NCBI GenBank assembly: GCA_016182875.1
Contig: JACPFQ010000001.1
Location: forward strand, 20 to 64,019
Origin: Candidatus Doudnabacteria bacterium
GTDB taxonomy: Bacteria > Patescibacteriota > Doudnabacteria > UBA920 > O2-02-FULL-48-8
Direction of reading: 5' to 3'
Length of the DNA stretch: 64,000 nucleotides
Below the pieces are notes generated by a model. The model searched no databases. It saw only the letters and a list, made by a program, of their open reading frames with translations, and had not been told where the DNA came from. This document shows, in pieces, positions 18,765-29,674 of the stretch. Within the stretch, counting starts at the first letter, position 1. Each line of letters opens with the position of its first letter. The translations under genes were made by a program, and so were the position numbers.

Positions 18765-19607
18765 CTACAAAACAATTTTCATGCCTTCCAAAACCGGAAG
18801 CGGATGATATTGCTTGTTTAATAAGTTGAAGATTTCGTCGACCAGCGACTCGTCGGTCTTTTCCGCCCGGTCAAACCAGTCCGGCTGGGGGTCGATAATT
18901 ATTTCGGAATGCTTGTTTTCCCGCTCCAGCAGTTCCCAGGCCTGGTCATAATGAATGTCGTAAATATGGGCGTTGGAAATGGAATGCGTAAGCATCCCAG
19001 GTTTGACGCCGAGTTTGGCCGCCAGGATGTATTGCAAAAGCGCGAACCCTGCCACATCGTGGGGTGAGCCGAGCATCATGTCGTTTGAGCGCACGATGTT
19101 ATGCAGGTGCAGTTTGTTGCCAATGATGTTTACGGTGAACGCGTAGGGGCAAGGCACGTTTTTTTTCGGCGTTGATTTAAGGCCCTGGCCGTAAAGCCCG
19201 TCGTCCGACGGGTCCCAGGTCACGACCACGGCTTGGCGGGAATGAGGCTCCTGCGTAAGGTGCATTATAAGCTGTCCGAGCTGGTCGCGGCCAAAATGTT
19301 TGCGCCAGCGGTAGCCGTAGGCCGCGGCCACGGTCCCGTCGGCTTCGGTAAAATCCTTCCAAATCGGGGTGAATTTATTGACGAAATCGGCAGGCTTGTT
19401 TGAGCCGGAAATGAACCAAATCATCTCGGCAATGAACAATTTGGTCGGGATTTTCCGCAGTGTCAGCAGCGGAAAGCCTTCGTTGAGCCGAAACGTGATT
19501 CCGGGGGCGATCCTAATCTTATGGCCGGTCCGCTCGTTAGTTTCCTCGTAGCCCTTGTTCATTATTTCCCGTATCGCCTCTTTGTATTGGGTGTCGAATT
19601 GGGTCAT
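18765..19607 (-). CDS. thyA: thymidylate synthase (ThyA family)
   Basis: MTQFDTQYKEAIREIMNKGY...GFPLLT.RK...FIAEMIWFISG...DLGPVYG-like...VPCPYAF region. Confidence 0.8.
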   Translation of the reverse strand: MTQFDTQYKEAIREIMNKGYEETNERTGHKIRIAPGITFRLNEGFPLLTLRKIPTKLFIAEMIWFISGSNKPADFVNKFTPIWKDFTEADGTVAAAYGYRWRKHFGRDQLGQLIMHLTQEPHSRQAVVVTWDPSDDGLYGQGLKSTPKKNVPCPYAFTVNIIGNKLHLHNIVRSNDMMLGSPHDVAGFALLQYILAAKLGVKPGMLTHSISNAHIYDIHYDQAWELLERENKHSEIIIDPQPDWFDRAEKTDESLVDEIFNLLNKQYHPLPVLEGMKIVL

Positions 19608-19621
19608 GACTTTTACTCATT

Positions 19622-20347
19622 CTAGCAGATTTTATTTGGTTTTAAAACCTTAAGCAACGGATAATAGATGTCGCTCTTTCGCGGCATGACAATCTTTCGG
19701 AAAGTGCTTTTTGAGGTGAATTCAAGCTTGAGACCCCTGATGACGACAATAGGAACCCGTTCGCTTCCCTCGCCCATCAAAAAAACGCTCATAGCGGCCA
19801 GGGCATCCGGGATGTCCGTTTGCGTAAACTTGAATTTGCGGCCAAAGATGTCTTTTGTCCCGCGGTAGTTTTTGAGCGGCTCAAATCCGAAGAATCCTAC
19901 TGCCAGGCCGATTGTGCCGCGGCGGATGGGAAAAGTGTGGCTGTCTGTGGCAATTAGGCCGAGCCTTCTGAGTTTGTGCTGGCGCCTAAGGTATAGCCAG
20001 ATTTCTTTGAGCAACTTGTTGACGTTATCGGGAAGGAGAACGTAATACCCGTTGGCATTGCTCTCATCAATGCCGGCCGAAAGTCCCAGAATATGGTTTT
20101 TTACGGTCAGGACAAATTTTTGCTGTTTGACCTTTGTGAATTTATAGGCTTCGGCTTCGTGCTTGATTAACTTGTTTTTGTTTACGGCGCTGTCGATTTT
20201 AATGCATCTGCCCTGATGAACAGCCAGGACTTTCGAGGTGATTGCCACAACGTCGCCATCTTTAAGATTTTTAACGGAGCTAAGAAGGTCGTAGATATCA
20301 TCCTTCGGGGGGAGGAAGGCACGGGTTTTAACCTTGATGAATCGCAT
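19622..20347 (-). CDS. CofE-like gamma-glutamyl ligase (F420-0:L-glutamate ligase family homolog)
   Basis: ITSKVLAVHQGR, GIDESNA and C-terminal RGTIGLAVGFFG resemble the CofE family. Confidence 0.55.
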   Translation of the reverse strand: MRFIKVKTRAFLPPKDDIYDLLSSVKNLKDGDVVAITSKVLAVHQGRCIKIDSAVNKNKLIKHEAEAYKFTKVKQQKFVLTVKNHILGLSAGIDESNANGYYVLLPDNVNKLLKEIWLYLRRQHKLRRLGLIATDSHTFPIRRGTIGLAVGFFGFEPLKNYRGTKDIFGRKFKFTQTDIPDALAAMSVFLMGEGSERVPIVVIRGLKLEFTSKSTFRKIVMPRKSDIYYPLLKVLKPNKIC

Positions 20348-20972
20348 TAATCCATCCTTTCGCAGCCAAAACGTCGACGATTCTGCGCATCAGAATAAAG
20401 CTAGCAGCGATTCCCGCGGCAAACAATAGTCTCTCAACAATCACAACTGGAATCAAATTTATCCAAACTTGAGCGGGCAGGTTAAAAGCCCAGATCCACA
20501 AAGCGCCGCCGACAGAATGAGCCGCGAATGTCGCGCCAAGGCTCTTAGCAATCAGCGATTTATCTCTGAAGTAATACGCGGCAACAGGAATCAGCCAGAA
20601 CAGCGAGTAATACCAAACTGTCCTGCCGATGGGGTGCGCGATAAATGCCACCATAGCCAGCAGCGGAATAATAAAGTTCAATCTGGTTTTGCGAGAGAAA
20701 TAAATGACTGCAAACGCCGTCGGAATCAGCCGAATGATAAAGCCAAGATCGAGGTTGGAAGCTCCATGCAGAAGCAAATTCACAAATTGCATTGCCACGA
20801 CTGAGGCAACACCCCAGGTAGCACCCAGGAACGCCCCGGAGATAGGCGCGAAGCTGTCGAACAAAGTAAAAGCCGCTTTGGAGCCAGCCAGGTTCGCGAG
20901 TTTAATGTTGAGTGCTAAGACCCCAAGCGCCACGAACAGAAAGATGAACAAAATCTTTTTGTGATTAGTCAT
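20328..20972 (-). CDS. 6-TM membrane protein, ECF-transporter S-component-like
   Basis: about 200 aa, six hydrophobic helices, adjacent to folate/thymidylate genes. Confidence 0.4.
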   Translation of the reverse strand: MTNHKKILFIFLFVALGVLALNIKLANLAGSKAAFTLFDSFAPISGAFLGATWGVASVVAMQFVNLLLHGASNLDLGFIIRLIPTAFAVIYFSRKTRLNFIIPLLAMVAFIAHPIGRTVWYYSLFWLIPVAAYYFRDKSLIAKSLGATFAAHSVGGALWIWAFNLPAQVWINLIPVVIVERLLFAAGIAASFILMRRIVDVLAAKGWINAIHQG

Positions 20973-21074
20973 AGTATTGATGACAGTTCCTTAATAGCAA
21001 ACAAAAGGCCATCACTACGCGTTATCATTCAGCGTACGATGACCAGATTTTTTTGTTTCGAGTAAGCAGCATAT

Positions 21075-21707
21075 TTATATTTTAACCCTTATTGCCGGGC
21101 CCATGGTGGCATGGAGGGCAAGCTTTTGAATGAACTCCTTCTTCATGCCGGTTCCCTTGGCTCCCTGCAGTGCTTCCATAAACGCTTTGAAGTTGGCGGC
21201 CAGCTTCTCGGTTTCGAAATTGGTTTTACCGATGGCGACATGGACGTTGCCGGATTCGTCGTTCTTGAATTCGGTCTTGCCCGAGGAGTATTCCTTCACC
21301 GCCTTCTCTACGTCCACAGTCACATTGCCCGTCTTGGGATTCGGCATCAAACCTTTTGGGCCCAAGATTTTTGCGATTTGCGCCAGCTTGGGCATAATGG
21401 CCGGCTCAGCCACCGCAACATCAAAGTCAGTCCGGCCGGTTTCCTTGATTTTTTTAATTAGCTCTTCTCCTTCGGGCCCGGCAAAGATAGCCACCCTCTT
21501 GGTCCTGCCGGTGCCATGTGGAAAGCTCACCGTGCCGCGGACCGTTTGTTCAGTTTTTTTCGGATCAATTCCGAGTTTGGCATGAACTTCTATGTTGCCC
21601 GCGAATTTCGTGGTACCCGTTTTTTTGGCCAATTCCAAAGCCTCCTCAATCGAGTATTCCTTGTTCACATCAATCTCTTTTTTCCCTGTATCGAATCTTT
21701 TACCCAT
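21075..21707 (-). CDS. rplA: 50S ribosomal protein L1
   Basis: KFAGNIEVHAKLGIDPKKTEQTVRGTVSFPHGTGRTKRVAIFA. Confidence 0.9.
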   Translation of the reverse strand: MGKRFDTGKKEIDVNKEYSIEEALELAKKTGTTKFAGNIEVHAKLGIDPKKTEQTVRGTVSFPHGTGRTKRVAIFAGPEGEELIKKIKETGRTDFDVAVAEPAIMPKLAQIAKILGPKGLMPNPKTGNVTVDVEKAVKEYSSGKTEFKNDESGNVHVAIGKTNFETEKLAANFKAFMEALQGAKGTGMKKEFIQKLALHATMGPAIRVKI

Positions 21708-22067
21708 TTAGATTTGCCCCTCTTTTCTAATCAGCATCCAGTGGTATCCGAACAGCGGGATGCCGACGATTAATTGCGCGATTGCCTGCGCAGCCTGCCT
21801 TTGTCTATCGGATGTTTTTTGTTCCTGCTGCCGCTGCTTTTCCTCGGCTTCCCTTTGCTTTATTTCCTCCGGAGTCAGCTCGCGTTCCTCTCCGGGCTTG
21901 GTGGCTATTCGTTTTTCGACATAAATCGGATAAGTGTCGGCTTGCTTAAAGATATAAACCTTCAAACCGAGGTTAATCAGACTGACCGAGCCCGTGATTA
22001 CCAAAATCAAGCCCACGGTCGCGAACAGGTAGAGATAAACTTTTCTTAAAGTTAGATTAAATGCCAT
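21708..22067 (-). CDS. small 2-TM membrane protein inserted between rplA and rplK
   Basis: hydrophobic N- and C-terminal helices; charged E/Q/R-rich middle. Confidence 0.4.
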   Translation of the reverse strand: MAFNLTLRKVYLYLFATVGLILVITGSVSLINLGLKVYIFKQADTYPIYVEKRIATKPGEERELTPEEIKQREAEEKQRQQEQKTSDRQRQAAQAIAQLIVGIPLFGYHWMLIRKEGQI

Positions 22068-22110
22068 ATAGTTTAAATTTCTAATTTCTAATTACTAATT
22101 TCTAAACAGC

Positions 22111-22536
22111 CTAATTCTCGATTTCCACGCCCATCGATCTCGCGGTTCCGGCCACGATTTTCTCAGCCGCCTCAATGGAATCAGCGTTGAGGTCAGGGAG
22201 CTTGGTTTCCGCAATTTCACGAAGCTGTTTTTTGTTAATCCTGCCGACCTTGTTAAGCAGCGGGTTTGCTGAGCCTTTCTCGAGACCTGCGGCCTTGCGA
22301 ATCAAAACCGAAGCCGGAGGGGTTTTGAGGATAAACGTATAGCTTCGGTCTTCATAAATAGTGATTTCGGCTGGAACCACAGTATCCCCCATTGGCGCGG
22401 TTTTTTCGTTGAAGTCCTTGGTGAACTGACCAAGGTTAATTCCATGGGGGCCAAGCACTGTACCGACCGGGGGCGCTGGAGTTGCCTTGCCCGCCGGCAG
22501 CTGGATTTTGATGATTGTCTTGACCTTCTTGGCCAT
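22111..22536 (-). CDS. rplK: 50S ribosomal protein L11
   Basis: [43 protein letters not shown]. Confidence 0.92.
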   Translation of the reverse strand: MAKKVKTIIKIQLPAGKATPAPPVGTVLGPHGINLGQFTKDFNEKTAPMGDTVVPAEITIYEDRSYTFILKTPPASVLIRKAAGLEKGSANPLLNKVGRINKKQLREIAETKLPDLNADSIEAAEKIVAGTARSMGVEIEN

Positions 22537-22537
22537 A

Positions 22538-23296
22538 TTATTTTTTCTCCGAAGCTAGAAACTTCTTAATTTCTTCGACAGTGCTCATAAGCTGGGCTGG
22601 GAAAATTATGGTTGAATTTTTCTCGATGCTGATCTCAGCCATGGTCTGAAGGTTGCGAAGCTGAAGCGCGATCGGGTGCTGGGCTATGACGTCCGCCGCT
22701 TCGCCTAGTTTTTGACTGGCCAGAAGTTCGCCTTCCGCCGCTATGACTTTTGCGCGTTTTTCGCGCTCGGCCTCGGCCTGCTTGGCCATGGCCCGCTGCA
22801 TGTTTTCCGGCAGTTCGATGTCTTTGATCTCAACCACCGAAACCACCACGCCCCAGGGTTCGGTGTGAGCGTCCAGAACGTTGCGAACTTCCAGGTTTAT
22901 GGCGTTTCGTTCGGAAAGAATCTCATCCAACTGGAATCTGCCGACGATGTTTCTAAGCGTGGTCTGAGCGATCTGGTTGATTGCGTTCATCACGCTCTCA
23001 ATTGCGACAATGCTTTTTACCGGATCAACCACTTTATAATACGCCACTGCCGAAATATCCACCGAAACATTATCTTTGGTTATAATCCGCTGCGGCTGGA
23101 TGGGCAGAGTCACAATTCTTAAATCAACTTTCCTGATCCATTCTATATAAGGGATAATCCAGTTCAAACCCGGTTGTCTGACCCCTGTAATTTTCCCCAA
23201 CCTGAATACCACTCCCGACTGGTATTGTTGAACCACCTTAAGTCCGGGCAGAACTATGAATACGAATATAAATCCAACTATGTAGTACCAGGGCAT
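22538..23296 (-). CDS. SPFH/band-7 (stomatin/prohibitin-like) membrane protein
   Basis: N-terminal TM, then [32 protein letters not shown] and C-terminal [17 protein letters not shown]. Confidence 0.8.
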   Translation of the reverse strand: MPWYYIVGFIFVFIVLPGLKVVQQYQSGVVFRLGKITGVRQPGLNWIIPYIEWIRKVDLRIVTLPIQPQRIITKDNVSVDISAVAYYKVVDPVKSIVAIESVMNAINQIAQTTLRNIVGRFQLDEILSERNAINLEVRNVLDAHTEPWGVVVSVVEIKDIELPENMQRAMAKQAEAEREKRAKVIAAEGELLASQKLGEAADVIAQHPIALQLRNLQTMAEISIEKNSTIIFPAQLMSTVEEIKKFLASEKK

Positions 23297-23301
23297 AATT
23301 T

Positions 23302-23847
23302 TTATAATTTCTTAATTTGTAAAAAATCCAGTTCCAAAGGTGTCTCTCGACCAAATATAGACACCATGACCTTAATCTTGCCCTTTTCCTCATCAACGTC
23401 GCCGACTTTGCCTTCGTAATCCTTGAACGGGCCGTCCATGATTCTGACTAAGTCGCCTCTGGCCACGTCAATCTTATACTTCGGCTCCTCGACGCCCATT
23501 CGCTTCTGGAGCGACTGGATTTCGTTGTCCGAAATGGGGGTCGGAATGGTGCCGGAGCCCACGAATCCCGTAACGTTGGGGGTATTTCTTACCACATACC
23601 ACGAATCGTCGGTCACAATCATTTCCACGATCACGTATCCGGGGAAGATTTTCTCTTCGACTGTTACCCGCTTGCCTTCCTTAATCTTGATCTTCTTCTC
23701 CTTGGGAACCATGACATTGAAAATTTTATCTTCCATTCCCATGGATTCGATGCGCTGTTTGAGGTTGAACGCCACACTGTCCTCGTAGCCGGAGTATGTA
23801 TGAAGTACGTACCAATGTTTTTCGCCGGTGACTTGCTGACGGGCCAT
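23302..23847 (-). CDS. nusG: transcription termination/antitermination factor NusG
   Basis: KHWYVLHTYSGYE...FPGYVIVEM... and KOW region GDLVRIMDGPFKDYEGKV; start at the internal Met MARQQ. Confidence 0.88.
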   Translation of the reverse strand: MARQQVTGEKHWYVLHTYSGYEDSVAFNLKQRIESMGMEDKIFNVMVPKEKKIKIKEGKRVTVEEKIFPGYVIVEMIVTDDSWYVVRNTPNVTGFVGSGTIPTPISDNEIQSLQKRMGVEEPKYKIDVARGDLVRIMDGPFKDYEGKVGDVDEEKGKIKVMVSIFGRETPLELDFLQIKKL

Positions 23848-23855
23848 AAAGAGGA

Positions 23856-24377
23856 TTAAGGATTTAGGATTAAGGTTATAATTGCTGCTAGGATAAGAAT
23901 AATCTCGACCTTGAATGAGAGGACTTTCGTATAGTCTTTTATAAACTGCAGCCAATGCCTTGAGAAATTTTGTTCATGAACTTCGATTTTCCGGTCGAAA
24001 GAAAAACCGTAGGATTTTTTGCTGAATGGGTATAACCATTGAACGCCGTCGGCCGAAAACGAATCGATAATGAAGTGAGACCAAGTCCCAAGCAGGAATG
24101 CCACCGCCAAGAGCTGCTGCTCGGGAAATAGCAAATACCAAATTACAAATATCAAAAGGTAAACAAGCGGCGCGTGAGTGACAAACTTTCTGTGATTGAT
24201 ATTCTCGCTGGAAATAAATTTCTTAAGCTTAAGGAAGGCGAGGAAGAAATCTAGGTCTGGGAAGAAGCCGAAGAAGGCGGCCAGGCCTAAGTATTGAGGC
24301 TCATTGAACCCGGGAATAAACTGAGAAGCGATTTTGCCGGCCAGGAATCCGCCGGCGATGTGGCCGGGAGGGAGCAT
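23856..24377 (-). CDS. membrane-bound metal-dependent hydrolase (YdjM/DUF457-like)
   Basis: MLPPGHIAGGFLAG...SHFIIDSFS pattern; multi-TM. Confidence 0.5.
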   Translation of the reverse strand: MLPPGHIAGGFLAGKIASQFIPGFNEPQYLGLAAFFGFFPDLDFFLAFLKLKKFISSENINHRKFVTHAPLVYLLIFVIWYLLFPEQQLLAVAFLLGTWSHFIIDSFSADGVQWLYPFSKKSYGFSFDRKIEVHEQNFSRHWLQFIKDYTKVLSFKVEIILILAAIITLILNP

Positions 24378-24565
24378 CAGCGGTTGTCAACAACGAATTT
24401 AAAGAGCTTGTCCAAGCCAAAGTCTATGGCGCCTAAGAATATGGCCACAACCAGGGAAATTGCGATGACGACTATGGTGACCTTAAGAACGTCCTGCCTG
24501 GTCGGCCAGACAACCTTAAACAGCTCAGTTCTGGCCTCCTTTATAAATTGCCATGGGTTCATCAT
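24377..24565 (-). CDS. secE: preprotein translocase subunit SecE
   Basis: MMNPWQFIKEARTELFKVVWPTRQDV... single TM; canonical position upstream of nusG. Confidence 0.85.
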   Translation of the reverse strand: MMNPWQFIKEARTELFKVVWPTRQDVLKVTIVVIAISLVVAIFLGAIDFGLDKLFKFVVDNR

Positions 24566-24698
24566 ATAACTGGTCTTTAAAAAGCCCTTTCGGGCTTCAA
24601 GTAGACATATTATACCATGCTAACTATTTTATGCAAGCCTTGACCAAAGCCAGTAGTACATGTATGCTAATGTGCTCGCAAGAGCAAGGAGGAGTTTT

Positions 24699-24920
24699 AT
24701 GTCGAATCCGTTTCCTGAGGAGTTCCCCGGTCTGGATGACCGGATCACCTTCGAGCTTCAGGATGGGCACGGCGGCCCATGGTGCGTCTACGAGTCGAGG
24801 GTGGTGGGTCTGGCACAGAATGCGGGCGGGGGTGTACACAGTCTACCTCGCGCTCGCTCGGTACGAGCTCATGTTCGACAAATCTGGGAAATGGGAGGCC
24901 GTCGACGGGATTACTGGTGA
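24699..24920 (+). CDS. hypothetical protein, G+C-rich module 4 (73 aa)
   Basis: AAGGAGG 6 nt upstream of the ATG; G+C-rich; terminator follows. Confidence 0.45.
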   Translation: MSNPFPEEFPGLDDRITFELQDGHGGPWCVYESRVVGLAQNAGGGVHSLPRARSVRAHVRQIWEMGGRRRDYW

Positions 24921-25014
24921 TGATGAGAGTTCGCTTCTCTACCCCGTGCGAGACGTTTCGTGGGTTTACGATAAACCCCTCAGGTAGGTTCGGCTCACGG
25001 GGGCGTTCACTGGC

Positions 25015-27161
<2,147 letters not shown>

Positions 27162-27189
27162 TTATAGCAAATTTTAGGCCATTTTTAAA

Positions 27190-28320
27190 CTACCTAATTT
27201 CGGCTGAAAATTGCTTTTTTGTCTCTTCAATAAGCTTATTCTGCAGCGGCTCGACTTCCCCGGATTTAAGAGTTCTGTCTATACTTCTATAAACAACGCG
27301 ATAAGTGTAGCTAATCTTGTCCTTGCCGAATTTTTTTTCATCCTCGTATTTATCCAGAAGTTCCACCTGCTCCACCAAATCGCCGCCGATGTCGCGGATC
27401 AGGTCGAAGTAATTATTCGGCACGAATGATTTATCGACAATAAAAGAGATATCTCTAGAGATAGGCGGAAATTTGCTGACTTCCTGATACTTTCGGCCAA
27501 GCTTAAGCTGTTTGACCACCCGTGGGTCTTGAGACCATAGCAGGCGGATGTCGGGCAGCTGCATGCTTACGATTGCCAACCGCTCCATGCCAAAGCCAAA
27601 TGCCCAACCGTGATACCCGGTTAGGCCGAAATTTGCCAGTACGCTCCTTCGCGCCATGCCCGAGCCCACCATCTCCACCCACTTATTATTAATTTCCGCT
27701 TCCATCTCAAAACTTGGGTCGGTATAAGGGAAGTTATGTTCATAAAATCGAATTTGGGTCTGGCCAAAAACGCTGCGCGCGACCTCGGCCAGTGCTTTTT
27801 TCAAATCGTCAGGCGTTATGTTGACTTTGTCGTCAGGACCGATGTAAAGCCCGCCGAACTGATGAAAAACATTCATGTGGTGGCGGTCAATCTCGTCTTT
27901 GCGGTAAACCTTGCCGTAGCAAATTACGCCAAGAGTTTCATTCTTCTCGATTCTCTTTTTGATTTCCGGGTGGTTCAAATAATAATACCAAAACACGGTG
28001 TCGTGGGTCCTAAGAACATGCTCATCGTCAATATAATAAGTGTCAGATTTGCTGCGGGCAGGATGCCCGGGCGGCATGTTGAACAAGTCAAACAGCACGT
28101 GAGTGGGTACGATTTCCGGAATTTTGATATCGTCGAAATCCTTAAAAGTCGGCGTCAACTTCACTCTTTGAATCAGTTCGGCAAGCGGGCTTGCCGGCGT
28201 GCGCGATAAATCCGGCATAGCCAAAAAGCGCTTGATTCTTTGCGCTTCAGCGTCCGTTCGTTTTTCAAGCTGCTGTTTAGCTTTCCTCTCTTCCTCGGAC
28301 TCTATGACAAAGAAGCTCAT
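27190..28320 (-). CDS. pheS: phenylalanine--tRNA ligase alpha-type catalytic subunit fused to a C-terminal FDX-ACB-like anticodon-binding domain (single-chain, mitochondrial-type architecture)
   Basis: GHPARSKSDTYYID, class II motif 3 GWAFGFGMERLAIV, then about 110 aa matching the FDX-ACB pattern RDISFIVD...GGDLVEQVELLDKYED...KISYTYRVVYRSIDRTLKSGEV. Confidence 0.75.
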   Translation of the reverse strand: MSFFVIESEEERKAKQQLEKRTDAEAQRIKRFLAMPDLSRTPASPLAELIQRVKLTPTFKDFDDIKIPEIVPTHVLFDLFNMPPGHPARSKSDTYYIDDEHVLRTHDTVFWYYYLNHPEIKKRIEKNETLGVICYGKVYRKDEIDRHHMNVFHQFGGLYIGPDDKVNITPDDLKKALAEVARSVFGQTQIRFYEHNFPYTDPSFEMEAEINNKWVEMVGSGMARRSVLANFGLTGYHGWAFGFGMERLAIVSMQLPDIRLLWSQDPRVVKQLKLGRKYQEVSKFPPISRDISFIVDKSFVPNNYFDLIRDIGGDLVEQVELLDKYEDEKKFGKDKISYTYRVVYRSIDRTLKSGEVEPLQNKLIEETKKQFSAEIR

Positions 28321-29288
28321 TTGACTTCAAGTGTTCCTTTGATCTGGGGGTTAAGCTGATCTTTGTATTCGAACTTGCCGCTTACCTCAGCGGTAAAACT
28401 GAAGGTTTGGTTTTGTTCAAGCTTGGGCGACTGAAAGCCGCCAAAGCTGCTGTTTGCCTCATATACGACCTGGTGGTTCACAGCGTCCTTATTCAGCCAA
28501 ACGACTGTATCGCCTTTGCTGACGACGACGGACTCGGGGCTGAATTTGTCATTTTCGATAAATACCGAAACTGTCTTCACATTCGGGTTAGCGGTCTTTT
28601 CGCGCAATGCGGCTAATGTCGTGATTGTCGGCTCATGCAGGCCAAAGGTTTTGGTGTCATTCTCGATTTGCCTGAGGCGGACATCAGTCATTTTTACTCC
28701 GGGCGTTATGGGGTCGTAGTTTTCAGCCACATCTCTGGCGTCGTTGTAATCTTTAATCACGGCAATTTCCCGGCGGTCAGTATATTTAAGCCCCGGCTCG
28801 GTTTTATAAATGTTGATTTCATCTCCATCCGCCAGCCCGTCCTCATCGCTGTCCGCCTTGTTGGGATTAGTTCCCTCCTTGAATTCGTTGTAGTTTATTA
28901 GCCCATCGCTGTCAGGGTCAGATTCATCGGAGCACCGGCTTTCGTCTGTGCAACTCTCGCTTCCGAAGTGCTGGTTCAGCCAAACTCTCGGCAGCTTGGT
29001 TTGCTTGACCGGCTCCTCATTTTTCCGGGCATTTGTTACGAGGTAATAAATAAGAATCCCCAAAAGCAGTATCAAAACCACGGCTCCGGAGGCCGCAACC
29101 CATTTCCTCATTTCTGGACTGAATTTAAATTTCTTCGGCCCGGGAGATTTGGGCGGCATCACGCCTGGAGGAACACTTGGCGGAATGCTCTTCGGCGCCT
29201 CGGCCCGAGGTTCGGGTCGTGGGGCGTTTGGGATGGAGGGCATTACCGTGAAATCAATATCCTGATTGCTTGGCGGTTGATTAGGCAT
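28317..29288 (-). CDS. membrane-anchored extracellular protein with Pro-rich region, TSP3-like Ca-binding Asp repeats and a C-terminal cupredoxin-like beta domain
   Basis: TM helix AASGAVVLILLLGILIYYLV; repeats DESDPDSDGLINYNEF / NKADSDEDGLADGDE. Confidence 0.4.
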   Translation of the reverse strand: MPNQPPSNQDIDFTVMPSIPNAPRPEPRAEAPKSIPPSVPPGVMPPKSPGPKKFKFSPEMRKWVAASGAVVLILLLGILIYYLVTNARKNEEPVKQTKLPRVWLNQHFGSESCTDESRCSDESDPDSDGLINYNEFKEGTNPNKADSDEDGLADGDEINIYKTEPGLKYTDRREIAVIKDYNDARDVAENYDPITPGVKMTDVRLRQIENDTKTFGLHEPTITTLAALREKTANPNVKTVSVFIENDKFSPESVVVSKGDTVVWLNKDAVNHQVVYEANSSFGGFQSPKLEQNQTFSFTAEVSGKFEYKDQLNPQIKGTLEVK

Positions 29289-29291
29289 GAG

Positions 29292-29669
29292 TTACGGCTT
29301 AGCGTAAAGAAAATACGATTCAAGAAAAATAAACGCGAGAACTAAAATTGCGGCATTGAGGAGGTTAAACAGGCCGGATGACTGCAGGATTAACGAGCCT
29401 GCGATTATGACCGAAAACCAAACCGCTTGACGAAGCGAGACGAAGAAGTAGTTCTCCGCCCGCTCTCTTTGCCCGAACATCTGTCTAAGTTGGAACCCGG
29501 CAAGAGCCGCAGTGCTCATGATTAGAACTAATAAATCCAGGTAAAAAAGAACAACATTGAACCGAGCTCCATAAGGGTCAAGGTATCGGATTACCAGAAC
29601 CAAGGAAATCAGCGACAGAACTGAACCTGTTCCGAGCAAAAAACTGTAGCCTCGAAGCTTGTTTCTCAT
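29292..29669 (-). CDS. small 4-TM membrane protein
   Basis: hydrophobic profile. Confidence 0.35.
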   Translation of the reverse strand: MRNKLRGYSFLLGTGSVLSLISLVLVIRYLDPYGARFNVVLFYLDLLVLIMSTAALAGFQLRQMFGQRERAENYFFVSLRQAVWFSVIIAGSLILQSSGLFNLLNAAILVLAFIFLESYFLYAKP

Positions 29670-29674
29670 TTAAA

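Noticed and set aside
18765-19607. Reassigning thyA as a dCMP/dUMP hydroxymethylase because the catalytic Cys is followed by P-Y rather than H
   Set aside because: I cannot verify by eye that the residue following the catalytic Cys is diagnostic. The folA/tmk context supports an ordinary thymidylate synthase.
20973-21074. Possible riboswitch (THF or preQ1) in the leader of the ECF-S-like gene
   Set aside because: I could not identify the conserved stems or pseudoknot of either class in the sequence; only an imperfect hairpin is visible.
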